This document shows, piece by piece, positions 23,111 through 33,048 of a stretch of 34,426 bases of DNA. The notes below the pieces were generated by a model. The model saw only the letters and a program-made list of their open reading frames with translations. It did not search any database and was not told the DNA's origin. The position numbers were made by a program, and so were the translations under genes. Position 1 is the stretch's first letter; each line of letters opens with the position of its first letter. Source of the stretch: Catajapyx aquilonaris (taxonomy: Eukaryota). The stretch spans positions 1 to 34,426 of the forward strand of contig JYFJ02004156.1 of the NCBI GenBank assembly GCA_000934665.2, read 5' to 3'.

Positions 23111-23835
23111 AGAAAATTCGTAACATTCGGAATGTGTTATTTCGAAGACTCCTTCACCTACATAACATCAACTGTTCATGGGAAATGAACCTTTAATAAG
23201 ATTCTATCATCCGAATGTCAAGAATGTACCAGAAACAAGGTGGGTTCGAATATCCAAAGTAAAGAGTTTTTGCATATATGTGCATATAAGCATCATCATC
23301 ATCATATCATATTTCATCATTTTTTTAAAACTTTATGTGGGGATGGCAGATTTCGGCGTTTTATATATCAATAGATGCGCAAGATCAAGAGCATTCTAGT
23401 GATATGACAATAATCGTTTGCCGACAAATGATAAGGTCGTGGGGAGTTTTTACTTGCCATGCTTATATGCATGAATATGCATGGCAAGTAAAAATTCACC
23501 ACGACCTTATTATTCGACGGCAAACAATTATTTTCGTATCACTAGAATGCTCTTGATCTTGCGCATCGATTGATATATGAAATAAAACGCCCCTCGGTCC
23601 AGCCCCACATAGAGAAGAGATCGAGCCACAGCCATTTCCTGAATTGACATGGAATGACCCAGTTAACGTCATTTAAACGTTCGCAAGTCGTCTAGGGGTC
23701 CAAAAAGGACCCCACGCTGCAAGTTAGCGACCAGTTTTTTCCGACCCTAAGTAGACACGGCAAATTCATGATGTAGCAAGCATAAAAAATTGCGCAGGTG
23801 TAAAAAAAATTCATCCCTGTATAGTATTGTACATG

Positions 23836-24013
23836 CAGTGAAACCTGTCCATAACGGATCCTGAGAATAACGGAAACTTGTCTATTGCGGATTTTTCCTG
23901 GGAACGGGCTTATCCACAGTGCCTCATGAATTCCGTGTTGAATGTAAAGGAAACCTGTCCATTACGGAAAATGTTAGGGTTCCGTGCGATTCCGCTATAC
24001 AAAGGTTTCACAC
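23836..24013. mobile_element. Degenerate pogo/Tigger-like MITE
   Basis: CAGTGAAACCT...AGGTTTCAC termini with internal AAACCTGTCCAT(A/T)ACGGA repeats. Confidence 0.55.
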
Positions 24014-24241
24014 CAATGGGGAGTCAAGCGTTAGTCAACCAGATTCAGTTTCATTTCTGCAACATGATAAGGAGACTGCTTGGCTATTACAGTTGCTGGG
24101 TCACAAACGTGGGATACTGGTAAACAGTACCTAAACAGCGCCTCATGAGTCAACCAAAGGTCACAGGAGGTCAATTTTTTTAAAAATCTGTCACTTATCG
24201 TCCCAGCCAAATTTAGGAAGTTTTTACATTTTCATGTTCTT

Positions 24242-24525
24242 GTCTTCAATAAGGTGTGGGGACGGAAACAGGTGTGTTACTGTAACTCTGCGGACGTTGT
24301 GGGGACATTTTAGGTCCCCACAGGGCAAAACTGCTTCACACACGAGAATATTACCGTTATAGTGGGGACATGTCCCCACTATTTCGTTTTGCAGGGTATC
24401 ACAAAAGTCCATTTCTCTCAGCCTAGGTTACTTAGGGTAGGGTAGGTTAGGTTAGGTTAGGTTAGGTTAGTTTACACTCGCTTTGTAAAGTTGTCTTTTT
24501 CACTTCCCCACACCTTAGTGAAAAC
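24242..24525. mobile_element. Small TIR element containing a (TTAGG)n array
   Basis: 21-bp TIR GTCTTCAATAAGGTGTGGGGA / TCCCCACACCTTAGTGAAAAC with 2 mismatches; TTAGG repeats at ~24424-24470. Confidence 0.7.
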
Positions 24526-24637
24526 CGGTCTGTGTGGTTTTGTTAGTGTAAGTTTGTAGTCGAAAAAACGACGTGGTGTCCAAAAAGGACCCCACGTTGC
24601 AAGTTAAGCATGGCTAAATGAGGTTGCAAGTGAAGGG

Positions 24638-25056
24638 TTAAGGTGGTTTCAAAGCAAATGGTATAAGTGTGAGCTGCTTTGGGTAGTCTACACCTCCTGG
24701 AATTTCATCAACCTGATTCAAGGACCTGAATCTCTTCGAGTGCCTTTGATAGCTGTAGTCGAGGAATTTAACAGACGTACCAGTAATTGCCGCACAGCAA
24801 GAGAAGGCTACTTCAATGCGTAGGTTTTTCCGTGAAAACTCCGTTTGACTAGCAACTATAAACAATGGGTCCAAACAGACCGTAGCCAATCCCAGTAGCG
24901 TAGCCAAGGGCTACTTATGATGTATTTGCATGCAGATGGCCAACAAAATATCATGCATGGCGCTGATATGGATGATGTGCAACTGAATAGACTGGACCCT
25001 GACGGGAATCGTCCTACAAGAAGGAAGAGAAGCCTTAAGGTGGTGTCAAAGCAAAT
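24638..25056 (-). pseudogene. Second tandem copy of the degenerate LRR first-exon unit
   Basis: Highly similar to 18063-18500; ATG mutated to ATT at 25009; donor region deleted. Confidence 0.65.
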
Positions 25057-25797
25057 GATATTACTATCCGTCTATTTAGTATAGGTCCCTGTGTTTGACT
25101 AGAAGCAACTCTCCAGAAGAATTAATATTTTATATCGTTGGAAAGCTTGTTGAAATCCACGTTACATATAATTATATGCAAGTTGGTTTCCTATCATCAG
25201 TGTGTAATTTTTTATCGCAAGAAGAAGGCGGAAAGGTGTCATTTTTTGGCTAGTTGCCGACGTCACGCCGCATAATGAATATCTTTCTGACACTTCTCGG
25301 ATACCAAAAAAACCCTCCTGTGAACCCTGGATTGTGCAAATCTTTGTCTATCTAATGTTATATTTAAAACTTAGCAAGCGCCATTTGTGTAATCATAATT
25401 TAGTTAATTGCACGTCTCTGTTACCTCAGCCATTTATAATCCGAATTACTTCGCGAATGCATCGACGGCAAGCTAGAAATGTGCGTGATAAAATTAACCC
25501 GTGCTCTATGACACTAGAAAATTTAAAAGTATTGGTTTATTAAGTTTAATAGGATAAGTACCCAGCCCGCTTTCAGGTGGGAATATACGGCGATACTTTT
25601 AAATACTTTTAAAAATTTTAATGTAATAGAGGACGGTGTCATTTTATCATACACATTTCTGGTTTGCCGTAGATACATTCGCACAGTAATTTTAAATAGT
25701 ACCTTCAATGTCAGCCAGTGTTGTTGTCAGGTGTTGTTGTCATTGTTGATATTACATGATTGTTGGGGATAACCTTTTTTCATATAATTATTAAAGT

Positions 25798-26087
25798 TAT
25801 CAGGATGGGGGTTGGCCAAGTATGTGAGTGTGTGGGGGTGCCGCGGTGGTGTGGCTGCGCGCGCCGGTGTTCCCCCCCCCCATCCTGATGTTCCTCCCAC
25901 CGGGAGTTGTTGTATACTCCGGAGTGAGGGAAAAAGGGCAGTTGGTGGCCGGGCTCGGCGGGAGCCGGTCCTTCTTTGTATTGGACTGAGTGAAAATACA
26001 TTGTGGTCCTGAATTCCTGGATCTTTCCTTGTAGGTAGAACCCCTTTCAGAGAGCTAGTTGGGCCAGGCTCAGGCAAGAGTCTGATA
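25798..26087 (+). repeat. 5' LTR (290 bp, TATCAG...CTGATA)
   Basis: Direct repeat of 32549-32801 with terminal inverted hexamers. Confidence 0.93.
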
Positions 26088-26088
26088 A

Positions 26089-26103
26089 TGGCGCACAACG
26101 TGG
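26089..26103 (+). promoter_or_regulatory. Primer-binding site, tRNA-Lys(CUU)-like
   Basis: TGGCGCACAACGTGG, one base after the LTR; 14/15 match to TGGCGCCCAACGTGG. Confidence 0.85.
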
Positions 26104-26177
26104 ATTTTTCCGGGTAAAGATTACCCGGAGATCCGGAGATTTGGGACGGTAGGTTGCGACCCATAACTGCTCGCAGG

Positions 26178-27541
26178 ATGGCGAGTGGACATGGGCAGGG
26201 TGATGGTGAGGGGTTAACTGAGGCTCAGTTGGCCGATAAGGAGACGCAGTCTGAGAGGGATGATGTTCATTCCCAGGACGGTGTTGTTGGTACCGGATTG
26301 GCCGCGGCTGATCCGGACCAAGAAATGCGGGTGCTGCTCGGTGTAAATGCCGATGCAGATCCGGCTGCGTTGCTTGCAGCATTAAAGGCCAAGTTACTGG
26401 GGAGTACGGTGACTGGCCTAGGCAGTGATGGCGGCCCTGGGGGTGCCCCCCAGGGTACGCTAGAGCAGGGCGGGAATGATGGGCAGGCACCTATCAATCC
26501 GCCGGGGCAGAGCTCGACGCAGGGTGTCGGGTTGCCTGCAGGCCAGGTGGCTGCACCAGCCGTAAATGCAGTTGTCACTCCGGTGCAAGTAGCAACCGGG
26601 GTGGAAAAAAAGTTGTCGGTGCGCGCAGCACCTGAACTTTTTTTTGATGGAACAACGGCCAAATCGGCTTTTGTTTTTCTACAGGAAATCGACAGATACT
26701 GTCGTGTCCTGAAATGCACTAGGCTGCAGGTACTGCAGGATGTACTACCTAGCGCACTTGATGGTCATGCTTTATTTTGGCATGGCTGGAGTTACACGGT
26801 CCATTTGAGGACTGGGACACGTTCGTGTCGGCATTCAGGGCTGAGTTTGAGTGTGTGGGATACACACACAAGCTCCGACAGGAAATGGAGAGGAGGACTC
26901 AAGCGAGTGCTGAGCCACTTTCTCATTTTTTGACGGCCATGAATGGGTACTTCGAGCAGGTCAAGCCTGAGGCTGATCAGCTGGAGAGGGTGCAGTTCAC
27001 GATGCGAAGGTTGCATCCAGAGCTGCGAAATTATTTTCGCGGAAGGACGTTCCAGTCCATCCGTGAATTGGCACAGGCGGCGCCTGCGGCCATGGAGGAT
27101 TTGGTGATCAATAGATCATGGGTGCCTCCAGTGGATGCGAGTGCGTCAGTGGCACCGCAATTGGCATGGTCGGACTCCGGTACAAGGAGTGGCCAGGGGG
27201 TGGGCATGGCGAGTGCAGTCATGAACACACATGCAGGGGGTGATCAAATGTACGGTTGCCCGATGTTGGAGTTCAGTAGTCTGGACCCCCATGGATACAG
27301 CAGGTACGCACCTGGTGTAAATGCGCCCGGAAACGGACGCGGTCAAAGCGACCGGAAGCCGATGCAGGCTGGGTCGCAACAAGGGTCACGTGGTCGTGGC
27401 CGGGGAGGGTCTGCTCAGGGGCCCAGGAGGTGTTGGATATGTGATTCTGATCAGCACCTGAAGATAGATTGCCCGCAGGCCGGGCCAATGCCGTCGGCAC
27501 GTGGCGGAAAAGGTCGTGGAAAAAACGACGACGGGCGGTAG
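26178..27541 (+). pseudogene. gag: gag (capsid plus CCHC zinc knuckle) with one frameshift near 26775
   Basis: FFDG...FLQEID capsid motif, RTQ...EP, CWICDSDQHLKIDC; split over two frames. Confidence 0.9.
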
Positions 27542-30500
27542 ATTGCCGGAAAAAGCAGGCTAATTTACCGCCTTTGTACAAAAATCTCCCGGAATCGCCG
27601 GACAATGACGATGGGGAGTGGCGCCCAACTGAACCATTGATGAGGATTAGCATCCTCGGAGGTGAATTTGATGCGCTATTAGACACAGGGAGCACTGTAT
27701 CGCTAATAGGCCATCAAGTAATTGCATTGTGCAAAACACGCAATGTGGTAGTGAGAGATGAAAAATGCAAGTTGCATTTAGCTTCAGGGCAGGTGCAAAC
27801 ACAGGGTACAGTGACCTTGTGGGTGACCTGGCCTGGGGGGAAGCGGAAACAAAAGTTCTTGTTGCTACCCTCTTTGTCCAAGGAGGTTATCTTGGGCAGG
27901 AATTTCATGGCGGCGACTAATTTGTCCGTTCACGTGAAAGAAAAGGGGTGGACAGTGGGCCTGCAGCCACAACGGGTAATCCCGTTCAGCAGGCCACTCG
28001 AAAGTGCAGAGTTAATGATGACTGACACTTATGACCCCCTGGCAAAACTGGTTGAAACCGTTGACCTGGGGGAGTCGGATAAGACCCTTTTACATGCTGT
28101 ACTGAGCAAGTACAAACATGTGCTGACCGACAAATTGGGTTGCACTCATTTGGTTGAATTGGAGGTGGACACGGGAGGGCGAAGGCCCAGGGTGTACCAC
28201 CCCCGCCCGACTCCACCCAGAAAAAGGGTGATAGTTGATGGCATAATTGATCGGCTCATTCTGGATTAGGTCATTGAACCGGCGACGCCATATGCGACGC
28301 CCAGTCCGATAGTAATAATCCCAAAGAAATCGGGGGGCTACAGGTCATGCTTGGATCTGAGGCAATTGAATAAATTGGTCTTGAATCCGGACTGTTATCC
28401 ACTGCATCGTCCAAGTGACATTTTCGCGCATATTGGCGATAGTGCATTTGTGACTTCTTTGGATATAGGGATGGCTTATCATCAGATTCCAGTCCACCCG
28501 GATTCTAGAGATTTACTGTCCTTCAGTAGTCATCGTGGCGTCTGGAGATATCGGAGAGTGGCGTTTGGGCTCAGCAGCGCGGGGTCGGCCTTATCTAGAG
28601 CGGTGACTATCGCTCTAGGGGGTCAGAATTGGCGGCATGTTTGCCATTTCAGCGATGACATATATGTATATAGAATATAGTCAGTCCCTTGAGGAGCACA
28701 TTCTTCATTTAGGACAGGTGTTGAACGCTTTGGGAAAAGCGGGATTCACAATCAGCCTGTCAAAAGTGCAGTTATGTAGGACGGAGCTGGCAATATTGGG
28801 TTTTGTTTGGCGCGAGGGGAAGATTGCACCCGATGCCAGCAAAACAGAGGCGATCCGGAATTTTCCGGTTCCAAAAACGGTCAGGCAGTTGAGGTCATTC
28901 TGCGGATTAACTTCGTTTTATCGCGAACTAATCCCCAGATACGCCGACTCAACGACCTACTTAAGAAAATTACTTAAGAAAGATGCAATTTTCCGGTGGG
29001 ATGGAAATTGCGACAGAGATTTCAATGAGTTGAAACAAAAGCTGGTGAGTGTTACGGAACTCACATTACCAAAGCCGGATTCTGAGTATATTATACACAC
29101 GGATGCGTCAGGCTTTGCCATATCTGGTATTCTCCAGATTAAAAGTGACTCAGGCCAGCTGATGCCTGTGGCCTTTTTCAGCCGGGCGCTGAAGGGGGCG
29201 GAGTTAAACTATTCGGTTAGTGACAAGGAGGCACTTGCCATATACGAATCAGTTATGAAGTGGCGGGAGTATTTGGAGTACTCCAAGTTCGTGGTATTCA
29301 CAGACCACGCCCCCCTCGTTTATTTCGATAAGCTCATTAGCCGTTCCGGAAGGATTGGCCGTTGGAGTCTTAATCTCCAAGGTTTGGATTATCAAATTAA
29401 ACATGTCGCGGGGAAGGCGAATGCGGCAGCTGATTGCATCTCGCGGATGTATGACCATCCCACATTGCCAGATAAAAGAGTGGAACCGGATCCCACGTGT
29501 GAAAAGTTGGCCGGAGGGGCTGACGCAGTGGGAGGTGCTCGCGCCGAAATTCAAGGCGGTCTGGTGGCGGCCGTTATGGCGGTCGATGAGTCAGTACCTG
29601 TCAAGGGTGGTGATGAGGGGACTGGGGGCATTGATCTCAAGGAATTGCTGGAATGTCAAAAAGTTGACGCAGATTTAAAAGCGCTGCGGGAGCACCTACA
29701 AGGGGCCCGCGGGGCGGAAATGGACGCAGGTGCCATTGCGAGACTTAAGACGGACCAGCACATGTACCTGATCAATAATTCCGGGCTCATTGCTGAGTAT
29801 ATACCCGGGGGTGAACAAGCTGGCAATTCGCCGGATTATAACCCGTTCAAGGTCATTGTTCCTCTGGCAATGAGGGACAAGGTCATGCGTGCTTATCATT
29901 CCGACAATAAGGTTGGACACTGGGGATCGTACCGTACGATCAAACGCATGAGGCACCTGTTTTCTGGGATCGGACAGAAAAAGGATGTCATGAACTTTAC
30001 GAAGCGATGCGACCTCTGCCAGAGGACAAAAGTGGACAGGTGTAAACCGCTAGGGTTGTTGCAACCAAGCGAGCCACCTGTCCAAGCATTTGCCGACATT
30101 GCCACTGACGTCATCGGCCCCCTGGTGCGCAGTAAAGGGGGCAAGAAATACATACTTGTTATCGTATGTAAGCTGTCAAAATGGTTTGAGGCATACCCTT
30201 TAACGAGAGTATGCGCTCGGAAGGTTACTGAATGTTTGGTAGACTTCTGTACGCGTCATGGTTACGCGCAAAGATTAATTGGTGATAATGCCAAGTATTA
30301 CCGTGGGAAAATATTCATGTCAACATGTCAGGCTTTGGGCATAAAAGCATCGTTTTCGAACGTATACAGCCCATGGCAAAACATGACAGAAACGGTAAAT
30401 AGCCAAATTAAACGGCTGTTAATCGCTTACACTCATGATCATCATGATTGGTGTAAAACATTGGGGTCGGTAATGTACGCGTGGCGCACATCACCTTCCT

Positions 30501-30961
30501 TTGTGAGCGGCTACTCCCCAGCGGAATTAGCAACAGGGAGACAGTTCCTCCTCCCGTTCGAGTCGCAATATCTGAAGGCAGCAGATAATGCATCGGAGGA
30601 GCAGGTGCGAGATTACGCAGACGGTCTAAAACTCCGTATGGCGAAATCAATTGCATTTGCACGTGCCCGCATTATTGCGGAACGGAAGAAACAGAAAAAA
30701 TATTATGATCGCAAACGACGACATGGCATTTTTAATGTTGGTGATTTGGTACTGCGTAAATGTCACGCGCTATCAAACGCGGCGCAGGGGTTCACACGAG
30801 CTCTTGCGCTTAAGTATGATGGCCCATACGACGTGGTTAAACGTGTGCATGATGTTTCATACATGTTGCATAACCCGGTCACGAAAAAGGTTTTCGGGCC
30901 AATTCATATTTCGGACTTAAAGAAATATGTACCCCCGCGGGGTGGTGTTGCGGCAAAGTAA
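27520..30961 (+). pseudogene. pol: pol (protease, RT, RNase H, integrase) with an in-frame stop at 28267-28269 and a frameshift near 28675
   Basis: LLDTGS; LDIGMAYHQI and FSDD; HTDASG, DKEALA and TDH; HHCC zinc-binding, D-D-E and GPY motifs. Confidence 0.95.
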
Positions 30962-31706
30962 GGAGCGGTGCGTACTGTGGAGTTGCTTGTAATTTCTTTC
31001 TCCTCCCTGTCGGGTGGAAGAAAAAAAAAGCCATCTGAAAAAAAAGAGGATGGTGGGGATGCGGGTTCACACGCATTTTGGCTGTTGAAAAAAAAGGGTT
31101 GACGCCCTTGAACGACAAGCTTCTCTTTTCGGGACGAAATTAGAGGCAACCTGTTTTTGGGGTAGGGGGAACCTTACCAGGAACCAGGGGGGGGTGGCTG
31201 GAGAGGGGGGCTCCCAGCCACAGTCCTGTTTACAGGATATCGATAAGCCGAGGAAGGACGAAGCCCTGCGGCATATGATTGTGGGAACAAGGGTCGAGGC
31301 CCTTGACCCGCGATTACCCCAAACCTGTACGCATGGAAAGGAAAGGGGATACTTCGGGGTAGGGCAAGGCCTTATCAGAAGGAAGGGTAGGGTGTCAGGT
31401 GGACATCCTAACCGCACCCCCGCATTTTAGGAGTCGAAAAAGGGTGGTTGACCTGTTTGACTTCTGGAAGGAAGGGGGAGAAGAAGCCGTTGAGAACGGC
31501 AGGTGTCCTCCGGATACATTTCGGAGGGTGACTCGATGATTCAGAAGTCGTTTCTGGACCACTTGTCACCCCTTTTTCTTCTTTATTTGCTTATTGACGA
31601 ATAAGAAATAAGGGGGAGGGGCGAGCTTGGTCACCACGGAGGAGTGGGTTGATATAGCTCGTTTCTCAGCATCCTCGTCTCACTTGCAAAGTTGCTACTG
31701 AGCAGG

Positions 31707-32426
31707 ATGGCTGGCACCATGGCTGGAGAAAATTCCGGGTCCAAGAAGACTTACAGCGGGGCCGCCAAGGGGCAGCGCGGGGGCGGTGGCAAGAGAGGGC
31801 CATCTTCCTCCCGGGAGCGGGCTCCTTCCCGGGGCCGGGGAGGGAAGCAGAGGAAGGAGGGGCGATCTGTTTTGGTGGGCCACACTTTTGTGGAGCGGGA
31901 CTTTCCGTTCTCCAGGAGGGCGGTGGCCCGCGAGATCGCCAAGGACCTGCCCTGCTCACACCCGAGGGAGGGCACGGCGCCAGCGGGGACCAGTTACCGG
32001 CCTGCAGAAGAGGAGGAGAGGGCCGACGACGGATCTGGCCCGGTCCTGGTCCTGGTGGAGCCGGAGGAGCCCCTGGTGCATAACTTGGCACCGGGGGCCT
32101 ACCTCAAGTGGAGGAAGACCCAGATGTTTGCAGCGAGAAAGAGGCTGGAGGAGGAGAGGCGCCTGGTGCAACAGGAAGAGCAAAGGGCGTCCCTCGCTTT
32201 ACTCGGCATCTCGCCAGGAGGACCTGAGGTATCTCCTGAGATGCTGGTCGGCCAGGTTACCAGCATCGCTCTGCAGTATCGTATGGAGGTGCATCGGCTG
32301 CGGGAGTTGGCGGAGGGGAGGAAGCAGCCACCACCGACCCCGGGCCGGTTCCTGGACGAGGACGGCGGGAACGTAGAGGAGATGGAGGATCAGGAGGAGG
32401 AGGCCATTCTCCGCGATCAGGAGTAG
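31707..32426 (+). CDS. Retrotransposon ORF3, 239 aa, unknown function, not env-like
   Basis: Intact sense ORF between pol and the PPT; ATG in CAGGATGG context; GC-rich third positions; basic N-terminus, E/R/Q helical centre, acidic tail. Confidence 0.72.
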   Translation: MAGTMAGENSGSKKTYSGAAKGQRGGGGKRGPSSSRERAPSRGRGGKQRKEGRSVLVGHTFVERDFPFSRRAVAREIAKDLPCSHPREGTAPAGTSYRPAEEEERADDGSGPVLVLVEPEEPLVHNLAPGAYLKWRKTQMFAARKRLEEERRLVQQEEQRASLALLGISPGGPEVSPEMLVGQVTSIALQYRMEVHRLRELAEGRKQPPPTPGRFLDEDGGNVEEMEDQEEEAILRDQE

Positions 32427-32536
32427 CGGGGGCCGGTGTTGAAGAAGAAAAAAAAGGACAAAGGGACGTGCAGTTGCCAGTGTGTGCTGGGTCTTGCTTT
32501 TGTATGCATGTCCATGTGTGCTTTCGCACTTGTATT

Positions 32537-32547
32537 GGCGGGGGGAA
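32537..32547 (+). promoter_or_regulatory. Polypurine tract
   Basis: GGCGGGGGGAA just before the 3' LTR. Confidence 0.8.
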
Positions 32548-32548
32548 T

Positions 32549-32801
32549 TATCAGGATGGGGGTTAGCCAAGTATGTGAGTGTGGGGGGGGGGGGTNTCCT
32601 GATGTTCCTCCCACCGGGAGTTGTTGTATACTCTGGAGTGAGGGAAAAAGGGCAGTTGGTGGCCGGGCTCGGCGGGAGCCGGTCCTTCTTTGTATTGGAC
32701 TGAGTGAAAATACATTGTGGTCCTGAATTCCTGGATCTTTCCTTGTAGGTAGAACCCCTTTCAGAGAGCTAGTTGGGCCAGGCTCAGGCAAGAGTCTGAT
32801 A
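32549..32801 (+). repeat. 3' LTR
   Basis: Matches the 5' LTR except for 2 substitutions and a collapsed GC-rich segment at the N (32596). Confidence 0.93.
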
Positions 32802-33048
32802 AAGTAAATGCTTTTAAATTTAATTTTAAATGTTTGTAAGGCAATACTCTCCTTGCAAACATTGAATGATGCATATCACATGGGCTAGGGATATTTATTT
32901 ATGGTGTTAGCATAAAAATCAGAGCATGCTGGCATACATAGAGGGACAAGACACATGGCCTCTATATTTTGTGTAGCCCTTACGGAAAATATTTTCCCGC
33001 CAGATTTATGTCTGTTAATTGCCTAACAGAGAGTAGCGTAGGTATATT

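Larger units (their letters stand above)
18674..23660. mobile_element. Nested TIR element (GGG termini, Sola2-like) with long internal inverted arms
   Basis: Perfect 22-bp TIR GGGTCATTCCATGTCAATTCAG; flanks TGTT/AGTT. Inner inverted arms at ~19185-19950 and ~23115-23615. Superfamily call tentative. Confidence 0.72.
18505..24637. mobile_element. piggyBac-type element carrying nested insertions (6.1 kb)
   Basis: T(G)AA|CCCTTAACTTGCAAC...GTTGCAAGTGAAGGG|TTAA, with subterminal repeats at ~24585-24608 and ~23696-23726. Removing it restores AGAAGCC-TTAA-GGTGGTTTC as seen at 18056-18075. Confidence 0.88.
25798..32801 (+). mobile_element. Full-length Ty3/gypsy LTR retrotransposon with an extra 3' ORF
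   Basis: Two LTRs, 4-bp TSD AAGT (25794-25797 and 32802-32805), PBS, PPT, and gag-PR-RT-RH-IN domain order. Confidence 0.97.

Noticed and set aside
31666..32570. Overlapping alternative-frame and antisense ORFs over ORF3 (e.g. 31786-32376)
   Set aside because: The region is GC-rich and stop-poor; the products are low-complexity shadows of ORF3.
32583..32600. Apparent 37-bp deletion in the 3' LTR
   Set aside because: It coincides with a G-run and an N, so it is most likely an assembly collapse.
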